Below, piece after piece: positions 12,923 to 25,203 of a DNA stretch of 64,000 bases. The notes beneath the pieces are model-generated. The model did not search any database and was not told the DNA's origin. It was given only the letters and a program-made list of their open reading frames with translations. The position numbers and the translations under genes were made by a program. The stretch is from Octopus bimaculoides (taxonomy: Eukaryota). Each line of letters opens with the position of its first letter. Position 1 is the stretch's first letter. The stretch spans positions 4,465,231-4,529,230 of the forward strand of contig NC_068997.1 of assembly GCF_001194135.2 (NCBI RefSeq), written 5' to 3'.

Positions 12923-12939
12923 TTGTGTGTGTTTGTCAT

Positions 12940-13085
12940 CCACCACTGCTTGACAACCGTTTCTGGTTTGCTTACGTCCCTGTAGCTTACCTATTCGAGT
13001 AATTACTAGTCTTAAAAAGAATAAACCCTGGGCTCGATTTATTCGACTAAAATTCTTCAATAACTGAAACAAGTAAAAGATAAAG
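12940..13085 (+). mobile_element. SINE family C 3' half
   Basis: cactgcttgacaaccg...ctggggctcgatttattcgactaaa...aactgaaacaagtaaaaga. Confidence 0.7.
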
Positions 13086-13772
13086 AGATAGATAGATACA
13101 TATATCGATAAAATTATACAAGTGTGAAGTCAAAACGAAAAAAGACATTCTACATATAATCGCCCACCGGAATCGAACCTTACACCTATTATTTTCCAGT
13201 CGACCATGTTAACCATAACACCAACAAACAACTTTTTATCCGCTATTTTATGAATTGCTAAGAAAAAAAAAAGGATATAATCTATAGATTTAATATGATT
13301 GGTTATTGGTTTGCGAGATAAAGGAAACTGAGGAATAAGAGTAGCTTCAAATAAACTACACACAACATCGCTGATATAAAGTAAGGTTTTGATGAAAGAA
13401 CAATAATTAAAATTTCCTTCAAATTTCTTCAACGGATATTTGGAATGAAAGTTAGTTATTTAATAACTTGATGCATAGACATATTCATGTACGCACGCAT
13501 ACACACACACACACACACACACTCACTCACGCACACACAGATACAAACACACACACACATTATAAACATTATATACATGTATATATATGTTTATGTGTAA
13601 ACATAAATGTTCATATATATGTATGTATGTATGTATATACATTTGTATGTGTATGTGTGTGTGTATGTGTGTGTGTGTATGTGTGTGTGTGGGTGTGTTG
13701 TGATGCAAACATGAAAAATAAAGCTCAAAATATAAGTATAGGTATATTTCTATTAATATTTAGTGATTCAAA

Positions 13773-13990
13773 GGCGGCGTGCTGGCAGAGCGGCAGAGCG
13801 TCAGCGCGCCGGACGAAATGCTTAGCGGTATTTCGTCTGTCTTTACGTTCCGTGTTCATATTCCGCCGAGGTGGACTTTGCTTTTCATCCTCTCAGGGTC
13901 GATAAATTCAGTACCAGTTGCACACTAGGGTCGATCTAATCGACTGGCACCCTCCCTAAAATTTCAGGCCTTGTGCCTAAAGTAGAAAAA
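13773..13990 (+). mobile_element. SINE family B
   Basis: ggcggcgtgctggcagag...gaaatgcttagcggtatttcg...ttccgccgagg...cttttcatcc...ggtcgataaattcagtaccag...ggccttgtgcct. Confidence 0.85.
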
Positions 13991-14062
13991 AAAATTTAGT
14001 GACTCAAGGGTCGACAGTTTCGTGCGTTGGCCCTTTTGAAATTATGTGCATATGTGTGTGTG

Positions 14063-14100
<38 letters not shown>

Positions 14101-14112
14101 TACATGAGTGGA

Positions 14113-14522
14113 AGCGCCATGGCCTCCACACATAGATTAGGGCAGCGGTCTCGCGGTTTCGATTCCCAGAGCGGGCGTTGTGAGTGTTTATTGAGCGAAA
14201 ACACCTAAAGCTCCACGAGCTCCGGCGGTGGGGTAGGGTGTCAAACCCTGCTGTACTCTTTCTCTCTTTCTTCCTGTTTCTGTTGTACCTGTATTTCNNN
14301 NNNNNNNTACTCTTTCTCTCTTTCTTCCTGTTTCTGTTGTACCTGTATTTCAAAGAGCCAGCCATGTCACACTCTGTGTCACGCTGAATCTCACTGAGAA
14401 CTACATTAAGGGTACACGTGTCTGTGGAGCTCTCAGCCACTTGCACGTTAATTTCATGAACAGGCTTTTCCGTTGATCAGTTCAACTGGAACACTCGTCG
14501 TCGCAACTGACGGAGTACCACG

Positions 14523-14523
<1 letters not shown>
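14113..14523 (+). mobile_element. tRNA-derived SINE family A (interrupted by a small gap)
   Basis: Colinear with 7100-7475. Confidence 0.8.
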
Positions 14524-14582
<59 letters not shown>

Positions 14583-14635
14583 ATAAATATATACAATAAA
14601 TATTACATCCTATGTAGCGTATATACTTCCTTCTA

Positions 14636-15180
14636 TTGGATTGGTTACTAAGTTCCCGACGTTTTTTTTTTAATTTTAATTTTTTAAAAGGTTCAATAAG
14701 AAATAACAACTAATTAATCAATAATGTATTCGCTCTTGTTGTTTTCAACTTCTTCCCAACTTTCAACAAGATTTTTAATACCTCATTGGTAAACATCACC
14801 CGATTTAGACTCGAAAAATTGATCCAACCAAGCTCTCAATTCTGCATCAGTATTAAACGAAACTCCGCGCATAGTATTTGAAAAAGATCGAAAGAGGTGA
14901 AAATCCGTTGGTGCCAAATCATGATGTCACAAGCAGCTTTTTCGGCCTTAGAACCTTGATTAAAAACAAAATGAAGGAGGTGTCGAAAATGCTCGTTTTT
15001 CTTAATTTGACATTCCATTTTAATGATCTGAAAATAAACAAAAATTAACTAGAAAAAAAACAAAATAGATTCCAAAATGATTCAAAAATAGAATTCTCGA
15101 GAAAAATATATTCCAAAATTTAAAAACGCAATAAATTTCAAAATTTTAAAAAAACGGCGGGAACTTAGTTGCCAAACCAA
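14636..15180 (-). mobile_element. Internally deleted mariner (MITE-like, 545 bp)
   Basis: TA on both sides. TIRs ttggattggttactaagttcccgacg / cggcgggaacttagttgccaaaccaa. Minus strand fuses N-terminus MECQIKKNEHFRHLLHFVFNQGSKAEKAACDI directly to DLAPTDFHLFRS...EYIID*. Confidence 0.9.
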
Positions 15181-15861
15181 TACATTAGAATTGCACTTAT
15201 AACCTAGTAGAGATAATATAAAATTTAAAACGTAGAGGAATAGTGATTTTAACCCATTAAAATCTCGTTAGAATAATGTAGTAAGAACTAAATACGTTCT
15301 TACAGTCAGGGTTGCTATATGAAAGACGAAACAGATTAGTAGCATGTATAGAGACTTTGAATAAAAAAAAGTGGGCTGAGAATGCATTGATGTAATACTT
15401 AACACGTTCATCTGGAATACATTAGAATGTGTAGTTTGGCTCCCGGGGGATTTTCTCAGAACAATTTTACGTCTTGTCTTTTTTGTTGTTGTAGCTTTTT
15501 GTTCGTAAAGTATTTAACTCGATTTAAACAATATTTTATAATCGAAAGTCTTAACCATCTACTATTTTCTAGTGCACCTATGTGACTCTCTGAGTTTGTG
15601 TTTGTGTTTATGGGTGTGGTTTAAAATGAGTCTGTTTATATATATGAAATAATGAGGATTAATTGAATGTAGAACACTTAAGAAATGTAGTCTTGTCAAT
15701 AGTGTAATTGAAAATTTTAAGTTTTCACCAGTATTTCGAGAAACTTCGAAGACAGTGGCAATTAATAAAAATTATGTATGTATGTGTATAGTTGCCTACA
15801 AGGCGAACAATATTTTGACATAAATAATTATTATGTAGAATATGCGTATACATCTATGAAT

Positions 15862-15949
<88 letters not shown>

Positions 15950-16141
15950 TTTAGAACGTAAATATAAAAACACCAAACAATGTAAATTAATCATTTTTCA
16001 AGATTTTCTCGAAGCCATTGTAACATCTTTAACATCGTCAGATATGGGAGCTGCACTCCAGTATAGTGTAGGATGTCTTTGCCTGTGTAGCAGTGACAAT
16101 ACAGACCCAGATCTAAAAGCAGTACTTCATCACGGATCGTA

Positions 16142-16358
16142 CAGTTTATGCTGGCGTATAAGACGCACTTGCTTTATTCTTAAATATAACAAAAGGCATC
16201 ATGCGTCTAATGCGACCGTGTTTCGGATGAGATGCCGAATGTAATAGGTGTATGATGAAAGTATTAAATTTATTTTTTGCATAAAACATACCTTTTTACT
16301 ACAACAATGTAAGGGTTTGTCTTATACAAGTTTGCGTCTTATATACCAGCATATACGG
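16142..16358. mobile_element. pogo/Tc2-like MITE (217 bp)
   Basis: TA|cagtttatgctggcgtataagacgca ... tgcgtcttatataccagcatatacgg|TA imperfect TIRs. Confidence 0.7.
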
Positions 16359-16379
16359 TATATACGATATATATATATA

Positions 16380-17268
16380 CAAGGTCTGATGAATAAGTAT
16401 CCGATCCGGACTGTTGCCATAGTAACGAAGCTAAAGCACGCAGAGTAAAGCCTCTTGGCAAAATTGACCTTGAATTTTGCTATGCATGCACACTAAGTTT
16501 TAACGTTCAAGCTCACTTCCGCTGTTTACAGCACTGATTGGAAAGAAGGTGTGTAGCGTGTGATCGTCGCAGTGACCACGACAGAGAAAGTTGTCATGAT
16601 GAGACCTGCTCAGAGGCCTACGCAAAGTTGCAAAAGGTATATGGAGAGAAATGTATGAGCCGCAAGTGTACGAGTGATTCAGACATTTCCAAGATAGCCA
16701 AAAGAATGTCGCTAATGACGAACGTCCTAAGAGACCCGCAACCAGCAGAACTGAAAAAATTGCAGATGTGCGTGCAGTTGTGAGGGGAAATCGTCGAATC
16801 ACCACCTGTGAGTTATCAGAGGATGTGCAGATTAGTTACGGTTCAGTTCAATCCATTATCATTGAAGATATGGGTATGAGATGAGTGTCTGCCAAGTTTG
16901 TGCCACAACTGCTTTCACCTGACCAAAAAGACTCTCGGCTTTCAGTTGCACAAGATCTCCTTGACTGTATCGAGAAAGATGAAATGTTTTTGAAAATTTT
17001 GCGTAGACCCCTGGGTAGGTATCACAAAGCTTTTGGCAAAATCTGATGTAGATTCTCTGCTCAACTTTCTGTCATTGTCAATGCGATGACCACACGCTAC
17101 ACACCTTCCTTTGAAGCACTGCTGTAAACAACGGGAGTGAGCTAGAAGGTTAAAACTTAGTGCACATGCACAGCAGAGTACAAGGTCAATCTGTGCCCAA
17201 CGGCTTTACTGTGCGTGCTTTAGCGTCGTTACTATAGCAACACTCGGATACTTATTGATCAGCCCTCG
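16380..17268 (+). mobile_element. Non-autonomous mariner derivative with ~210-bp TIRs
   Basis: TA on both sides. 16380-~16595 is an inverted copy of ~17060-17268. Interior encodes a broken N-terminal transposase (ETCSEAYAKLQKVYG...VYEWFRHF...ISYGSVQSII...VSAKFVPQLL) with no catalytic domain. Confidence 0.9.
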
Positions 17269-17374
17269 TACATATAAAGTACATTATAAATTGCTTACTT
17301 TATTGATTAATAACAAAAATAATATAAAAATTGTAACATACAATAAGGTAATATCATTATTTGTGTTTCTTCTT

Positions 17375-17583
17375 AAGGTGGCCAGCCGACAGAATTGTTG
17401 GCAGACCGTATAAAGTGCTTAGTGGAATTTCGTCTGAGTTCGAATTCCGCCGATGTTAACTTTGCCTTTCATCTTTACAGTGTCTTTGAAATAAGTACCA
17501 GTTGAGAACTGACGTTGATGTAATCGACTAGCCCTTCCTCTCACCTAAAATTTTAGGCATTGTGGCTACAGTAGAAGGGATTG
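17375..17583 (+). mobile_element. SINE family B
   Basis: ctgagttcgaattccgccgatgttaactttgcctttcatc...ataagtaccagttg...gatgtaatcgactag. Confidence 0.8.
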
Positions 17584-18081
17584 TTTGTTTTTAATAAATA
17601 TTCTATAAATAAAATATAACAATAGCACGAATTAATCACTTATTTTTAGAATAATAAAATGATATTATCTTAAAGCCAAAAATAAAATTAGATTTTTCAC
17701 GAAGCAAACAGAAGACAATTCTGCAAGTGACGTTATCAAATCGTTATATCAGTGAGAGCTGATAACGCATCTCTACTATAATGTTGCTTGGCATTATGGG
17801 AGAAAACAGTCTAATGGCGATATCGGTTGGGTTACTTTCTGAAATCACGTGGATGCAAAGTTTAATAGGATGAGATATTGTTTAAAGTGTGAATATAAGA
17901 CGAATCACGTATCAGCGCGATATTTTCATAGTTACATCAATATGTCGGCCAGAAGAATCTTTAGTTAACACTTTTATGTGTTCACCAGAAGATAAAGTGT
18001 GGAACAGCAGTTCATGGGAATATTGATGTCGATACCATTATTACTGTGCTCAGTTTGATATATGACTGAGCACCATCACAT

Positions 18082-18176
<95 letters not shown>

Positions 18177-18178
18177 TG

Positions 18179-18212
<34 letters not shown>

Positions 18213-18492
18213 AGTGTATATTTTATACACACACGCACACACATATATATATATTTTCAAATGTATGCGTCAGATAATATGTATACTATATATATATGGC
18301 AGTTCCCCAATATGGTCGCAGTCCAATGACTGAGGCAAATAAAACAAGACAAGGAATTGGAGTGTGTATGTATTGTTAGCATCATGAGAATTTAAAAACT
18401 TCAAGGAGATTTGAAATAATTCTTTACTGGAAGAATGAAATTTGAAGAAAAAGATAAAATTATGATTAACAGCCTGTAAATATTTGATCAAA

Positions 18493-18565
18493 GGCTACCC
18501 GTGGGACTCGAAACCACATCGACTGTAAACATGACAAGCGTTCTACCGATAGACCAAAGCAAACC
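18493..18565 (-). pseudogene. Degenerate tRNA-like sequence (tRNA pseudogene or isolated SINE head)
   Basis: 73 nt with A-box-like TGGTCTATCGGTAG and B box GGTTTCGAGTCCC. T arm partly pairs, acceptor and anticodon stems poor, so isotype is not assignable. Confidence 0.4.
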
Positions 18566-18896
18566 TTCGAATTTCTCTATTCATTTTAAAAACTTATTTT
18601 TACCAGCTCCTACAGGTAACCTTCAACTTTTTTTTTATCCAATAAATTTTTTAAACCAATATTAACAAGCTATTATGTGTGAATTAATCTGCCACCACTC
18701 TAAAAGAGAATTCTTTCATATTCTCTCGAAGTTTCTAAATTCTCATGACGTCAACAGCATGCAATTCATGCTGGTATGAATGAAGTTTCTAAAATTGAAC
18801 CACATTTAATAGAGTCCATTCTGTTAAAGACACCGGGCCAGGATAACTATGACCTCAGAATAAATCCTTTTCAGTAATGTTGAAGACCTTTTAAAG

Positions 18897-19151
18897 CAGT
18901 GGTTCTCAACCGGGGTCCTTATGACTCTTAGGGGTCCATGTAAGATTTTGTCCGTTAGAAATTATGTGCAATAAATTCGTTATGCTTCTACAATACACAA
19001 AACATTTAAACAATTTTTTAATACAATTCCTAATAATATTTAATTATTAAAATGTAATAATAGGATTTTTAAATATCGAATGGCTATGGGGTTCATATGA
19101 GTAAAATAGGAACCAAAGGGGTCCATGATCAAAAATGGTTGAGAACTACTG
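18897..19151. mobile_element. hAT (Charlie-like) MITE
   Basis: TIRs CAGTGGTTCTCAACC / GGTTGAGAACTACTG. The 8-bp flanks ttttaaag / ctctaaaa only partly match (decayed TSD). Confidence 0.75.
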
Positions 19152-20140
19152 CTCTAAAAAAAATCGTGGGCGCTTCCCATTCTAGTAAAACCAATACAAA
19201 ACAAAAACTATGACAAATTAATGGATGTCGATACACCATTGAGACAAGAAATAATATTATTTCTTAGAAATAACGATATCGTTAGAAGAGAAGTAAGAGA
19301 AGAAGGCAACAGAGGAGTTAATGAAATACTGCTAACATTTGGCAGGACTTATCCGAACGCTCTTGTCACTAATTCATAACGATGGAAACTGATAGCTTAA
19401 TTAGAGCAGAGTTCTTCATCAGCGGAAAGACATAAAGTAAGTTGATTTATGTTAAATGAACGTCTCGTTAAAGACGGAATCGGCTTTTAGCGAATGATAT
19501 TATGAATCAGCTATATTACTTTTCTTAAAAGCAAATAGTGAAGAGTCCATTGTGGCTTGGCAAAATATATTGGATACATAAACCAGTCTTTCAACTTGAA
19601 TTTTTAATTGTATTAAATGAAAAAGATTTAGTTGAAGAGAAGTTCGTGACTTATAAAAATCAAAACTATAACCTACGACCGCAGATTCGGTGAGTTCATT
19701 CTAGTCATGAGAAAATAAAATATAAACTTAAGGAAACGTTTGCTGAACAATAGAATGTATACAACATGAACAGACTGCGTGACTGCGACAACATACAATT
19801 AACTGTTGCTTTTCAAAGCATGCAGTGAATCTGTCAACTAAGAGCGGGTGAGTACGATATATCTAAATGAATGTAACATTCATTTTTCTGCACCAGGATT
19901 AGCTTTCTTTTTCTTCTACCACAACAACCACCACCACCACTACTATTATTATTACTTCTATTTCTCTTTCTTCTCGAACGTAGAATCGACAAGGAAGAGA
20001 TAAGAACTCAGAACATAAAATACTGTAGCTAAATACCACGTATCAGAGCCTCAATCAATATCTCACTGTCTTGATTCAAATTAATAATTATTTCAACTGA
20101 GTGAAAGGTTTAGTGGAATATATCTAAGGTTTCTGTTGAT

Positions 20141-20400
20141 CTACTACTACTTTGTCCATCTCTCTTTCGATTCTTTTAATCTACCACCATTTTATCCATC
20201 TGTCTATTAATCCTGTTAATCCAATATCATTTTGTCCATTAATTTATTAATTTTGTTAATCCACCGCTGTTTTGTCCATCATTCTATTAATTTTGTTAAT
20301 CTACCACCATTTTGTCCATCACTCTATTAATTCTATTAATCTACGCTGTTTTGTCCATCATTCTGTCAATTCTATTAATCCACCACCATTTTGTCCAGCA
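20141..20400. repeat. 40-bp minisatellite, ~6.5 copies
   Basis: Unit approx. ctaccaccattttgtccatcattctattaattctgttaat. Confidence 0.9.
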
Positions 20401-20673
20401 GTCCTTAAATTCTGCCAGTCCTCAACTCTAGAATTTATTAAACATTTAATCGGTCCCTGATCCTGAAAGGTGGCCGAGTGAACAGTTGTACTAGATAACT
20501 GATTAAACCTTTAAGTGTTCATTTTTTTTTCCATTGGCAATGCGCTCTACTTTCTCAAGTGGACTTCCCTTGTATACTTTTGATAAATTAAATACTAACA
20601 TGATGTTAACGCCTTAATTATAACTTAATATAAAGCCAAAGTAAACAAGAGGGTCCAAACTTTAATCAATTTT

Positions 20674-20830
20674 GGTGTGGCTGTGTGGTAAGAAGTTTGC
20701 TTTCCGGCCACATGGTTCCAGGTTTAGTCTGATTGGGGCCTGTATCTAGGGCGAGTGTCTCCAACTATAACCCCAGGCTGACCAAATTCCTGTGAGTGGA
20801 TTTAGTAGGCGGAAACTGAAAGAAACCCGT
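20674..20830 (+). mobile_element. SINE family C, 5' half
   Basis: ggtgtggctgtgtggtaagaag...gcggaaactgaaagaaacccgt, directly upstream of the full copy. Confidence 0.8.
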
Positions 20831-20834
20831 GCCA

Positions 20835-21264
20835 GGAGTGGCTGTGTGGTAAGTAGCTTGCTTACCAACCACATGGTTCTGGGTTCAGTCCCACTGCGTG
20901 GCACCTTGAGCAAGTGTCTTCTACTATAGCCTCGCGCCGACTAAAGCCTTGTGAGTGGATTTGGTAGACGGAAACTGAAAGAAGCCCGTCGTATATATGT
21001 ATATATATATATGTATATATATATATGTATGTGTGTATGTGTTTGTGTGTCTGTGTTTGTCCCCCCCCCCAACATCGCTTGACAACCGATGCTGGTGTGT
21101 TTACGTCCCTGTAACATAGCGGTTCGGCAAAATTGACCGATAGAATAAGTACTAGGCTTACAAAGAATAAGTCCTGGGGTCGATTTGCTCAATTAAAGGC
21201 GGTGCTACGGCATGGCCACAGTCAAATGACTGAAACAAGTAAAAGAGTAAAAGAGTAACAGAGT
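20835..21264 (+). mobile_element. tRNA-derived SINE family C (CORE-like), full length
   Basis: A box tggctgtgtggtaag, B box gggttcagtccc, CORE-like gtggcaccttgagcaagtgtcttctactatagcctc, tail (aaaagagt)n. Resembles described octopus CORE-SINEs, family name not verified. Confidence 0.85.
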
Positions 21265-21323
21265 ATATGTACTTGTGTGTGTGTATATAGGTACGTATCA
21301 ACTCGTGTCTGTCTTTATATTAC

Positions 21324-21520
21324 CGCTTGACAACTGGTGTTGGTTTAAATACCTCCCCGTAACTTAGCGGTTCGGTAAAAAAATCCAGTAGAATAAGTAG
21401 AATAACTTTAAAAAAGAATAACTTTTAAAAAATTATCGAAGTCGATCTGTTCGACTAAACTCTTCAGGGCAGTTCCCCAGCATGGCCGCAGTCCAGTGCC
21501 TGAAACAAATAGAAGGAAAA
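21324..21520 (+). mobile_element. SINE family C, 3' half
   Basis: cgcttgacaactgg...aacttagcggttcgg...cagcatggccgcagtc...ctgaaacaaa. Confidence 0.75.
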
Positions 21521-21996
21521 CGATGAATATATCTTTCGACATGTACTCTTAGACATGGATGTATATGTAGAGTGCGATCTGTCCTCGTCGCAATGTTTTT
21601 CCGGGAGGCAAGACATTCAATGCTTGATCAGCTTAGTCCACTTAACTATAAATAGGTACTACAGGAAGGGAGCAGCTTGCTACTGTAAGCAACATCAGAT
21701 CGATAGAACCGTTGGTATGTCACACAAAATATTTAGTGAGCTTTTGTTACATCTCGTTATATTCTGAGTTCGAATACTGAAAGTATTTCCATTTCATCCT
21801 TGTGAGGTCAATAAACTAAAATACCATTGAAATGCTGAAGCCAGTCTATTTGCCTACACTTTCTCTGACAAACAGTCTCATCTTGTGGCTATGTTAGAAA
21901 TGTTAGAAATTTTATTAATGGTTGGTTGGTTGGTTGGTTGGCTGGTTGGTTGGTTGGTTGGTTGGTTGGTTGGTTGGTTGGTTGGTTGGTTGGCTG

Positions 21997-22660
21997 GTTG
22001 CAGCGATACTGTTCAATATGGAGGAAGACTCAAAAATACTGAGAGTAACGAGAGCTAAATGGTTGAATTGTTCGGGGTACGGAATAGAGATGGCCGTACA
22101 GGCAAGTTTAAGTGACCTAAAAAAATTGCGGAGGAGATACTTCTACCCGAAGACGTGAGACTGAGAGTGGTAGTGGAGGGTAGGCCTCCCATATGCTTAC
22201 CTGTGTGGCGAGAAAGGCCATATGAAGGCGAGGTGCCCCCAAAGAGACGAGAAGGAACAACAAAAGGAACAATCTGAGGAGTAGGACTGGGTGGACGAAA
22301 TGGTACAGGATGAGGAGAGACAGCAGTAACAGAGGAAGAATTTACAAAAGTAAAAAAGCGAAAGGGGAAAGAAAGAGTAAGCTTTCCGCCGGAGAGGCAG
22401 AAAAAGAAATAAAGAAATAAATAAGGAGGTTGAGAAGGAGGTGGAGAAAGAGGTTGAGGAGGAGCTCGAGGAGGAGCTCGAGAGAAAGGAGACAGCAGCA
22501 AGAGTACTAGCGATACCAGTGGAGGGGGACGTTTTAAGCGATGTAGAAAGACAATAGCATGAAGAAACAGCTACACTAACCAAAATGGAGGAGGGTAAAG
22601 ACAGAGAGAAGGCGCCAAGAGTGGAGCAAGGTAAAGGCAAACAAGCGAGAAGGCCGAGAA
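21997..22660 (+). mobile_element. Decayed ORF1 (gag-like CCHC zinc knuckle) of an L1/Tx1-like LINE
   Basis: Frameshifted reading ...[22 protein letters not shown]-x-x-CGEKGHMKARCPQRDEKEQQK (CX2CX4HX4C), followed by a purine-rich low-complexity linker. Confidence 0.65.
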
Positions 22661-22917
22661 AGTACAGATGGAATTTCGTTACAAATGCGAAGAGCTCAGC
22701 AAACTACGAGTAAAAACATTCAAATGGTATTGCATGAGAGTGGGGCTCATGCAGCCACTTCATTTTTTATTTTTTCATTTTTATATAAAATTTTTCTCAT
22801 TTTTCATTCGTTTCATGTTCTTGTCTCCACTGTGGCGTTCTGTCTGTCCTTTCGCTGTCCCCTCTGTGTTTGGCCCTTGTGGCTGGAAATAAAAATCAAT
22901 ATTTTATTAATGGGCTG

Positions 22918-23130
22918 GCGGAGGTGGTAGACCGACGGAGGAATAGTTTGTGGTATTCAGTTAGGTGATTTTTTGTATTGTGTTCAAACCGGATCGAGGT
23001 CAATGTTGCTTTTTGATACTTCTCTAGCGCACGGAGTCGATAAAATATAGTACCAGCTAACGACTGGGGGACAATGTTATTGAGAATACCATCGCTTAAA
23101 ATGTGTAGCCTTTCGCGGATATTCGAACAG
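22918..23130 (+). mobile_element. SINE family B, old degenerate copy
   Basis: gttcaaaccggatcgaggtcaatgttgct...gagtcgataaaatatagtaccag. Confidence 0.6.
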
Positions 23131-23474
23131 AATATTCTAATTATGTATTAATATAGCTGTATTTTTTAATAAGATTTTAGATTTCAAAATTCTTTTAGAT
23201 TTGACACGCAAGGAAATATAATTGAGGTGCATCAGGTAATCATTCACTTCCATTTGTTAAAAGTAAACAAACGTACAGTTGAATTCTATAATGATGTATA
23301 ATAAAACTTTTACTTCAAATGAACAATGTAATACGCTACAGACTCAAACATATGACCTAGATTCACGGTATCAATATTCCTTTCTATTCTAGGCACAAGG
23401 CCCGAAATTTTGGTGGGAAGAGGCCCTTGCTTGAAGTCGATGGCGATTTTATTGAATAAATTTACTCTTTAATA

Positions 23475-23563
23475 TTTCAAGATATTTTCATGTAATTATA
23501 GTAAATATATCTCTTAAAATGAGATGTCAGTGTTATTTTCATTTTTGCGTAATTTAGATGCAC

Positions 23564-23567
<4 letters not shown>
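23475..23567 (-). mobile_element. Tc1/mariner-type terminal fragment (same family as 46855)
   Basis: Minus strand TA|cagagtgcatctaaattacgcaaaaatgaaaataacactgacatctcattttaa matches 46855-46965 on the plus strand. Confidence 0.6.
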
Positions 23568-23610
<43 letters not shown>

Positions 23611-23639
23611 GTACGAAAAGTGTTGCAAAGTTGCTGGTT

Positions 23640-23817
23640 TTAAAGATATCGCGAAAGGCCTGGCTGGAGACCCAGACTTCCAAGTTCTTTTACAGGGCTT
23701 AGAAAACCTGAAGGATCGCTGCAATAAGAGGGGAATATGTTGGATAGAAATCATAATCAACTGATTATGATTATATCCTTTTACCCAAAGCCAGGAAGTT
23801 TTCAGCACCCCCTCGTA
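23640..23817 (+). mobile_element. Mariner 3' end fragment
   Basis: C-terminal-like LQGLENLKDRCNK..RGEY, then TIR aaagccaggaagttttcagcaccccctcg|TA. A similar TIR occurs at ~12850-12893. Confidence 0.7.
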
Positions 23818-24068
23818 TATATGTATGAATATATATATATATATACATACATACATACATACATACATACATACATACATACATACATGTACTCAAACGA
23901 ACTGGAGTTTCATTTTATAACTTCACACACGTTTCGACTGCGACGAGAAATTATAATTATGAATTAGTGAGAAAAAGGAAAACTTGTTTTGAAATGCGTA
24001 TCTGCTCTATATGCATATTTTATTGAAATGTAGATATGGTGTATGTACGCTCTTTACTAGAATGTGTG

Positions 24069-24117
<49 letters not shown>

Positions 24118-25203
24118 CGATGTTTTAGTTTATTCCAGAAACAAGTGTACGATGAAGAAAAGAAATAGTTTTTGTTATAATAATGTCTAAGTGTCGTATC
24201 AGCCCATTGGTACGTGTAATGGCGTGAAAAAAGCTCTTAATTAGCTACCTTTTGCTATAAGCACATAGCTACTCGTTCACACCTTGAAAATGTGTTAAAC
24301 TGAATAATAAGCAAACAATAAACAAACAAAACAAATGTATATTTTAGAAAATAATCGAACGAGCCTGCAACGTTTAATTTCTATGTTTGAGGATGTATTT
24401 TTATGTCGATGGCGACGAAAAGACGAATGCAACACTATTGGTTGGTGAGTTGTGAAGACTTGACTCAGGTTATGATTTATAATTTACTATAAATGCTACC
24501 TGTTAAGGTTTCACCGAGGGGAAGGGCAGATCTATTAATTTCAACTACACACACACACACGCACACGCACACACACACACACACATATACATATATATAT
24601 AGAAGTGGAGATAACAAGAGAAATGAATATTAAATATTTAATAGATATAATGTTTGATATTTGAGATTGTAGAACAGTAGAACACCGTTCTAGAACAACC
24701 ATTCATTTTAATGCATGGTAGAATGAATAAACAAGTAAATAGATAAATAAATTTATGAAACGAAAATGAAAACCAGTTTGACGAGTGAATTAATGTTATT
24801 TTTTTTTTTATTATTTAGAGAGTGAGATATAAATATTGCGGCAGTTTGCGAGATTATAAATGCAATATTGAAATATGAGCAAAAGTTTAAAATGTAAGCA
24901 TTTTGTAATACAGTCACTTTTGACAATATGTGTGTATGTGTGTGCGTTCGTACATGAAGGTATCGGCACTTCAAGCATGCTGGAGATAAGTCGTTTTCGC
25001 CCTTGCTCCCTTAATTCTAATTGTGTGTGTGTGTGTGTGTGTGTGTGTAAACTTAGATAAACTTAGATATGTTTCAACCAAAGATTGGTCCACGCCGTGT
25101 CTAACTTAATAGCACCACCTGATAGGATTATCTAAATCCTTTTAAAGTCAAGTTTTGTTCATGGTCCATTCAAGTAGTGAGTTCTTATTGGGTGAGTTGT
25201 ATC

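Noticed and set aside
19330-19415. Minus-strand CUGAUGA-A followed by a long hairpin
   Set aside because: No GAAA core, stem III or stem I partner.
21656-21720. AG...GTATGT-bounded segment as an exon, and similar candidates near 10470-10590, 48100-48170 and 62160-62250
   Set aside because: Weak acceptors, ambiguous frame and no recognisable protein.
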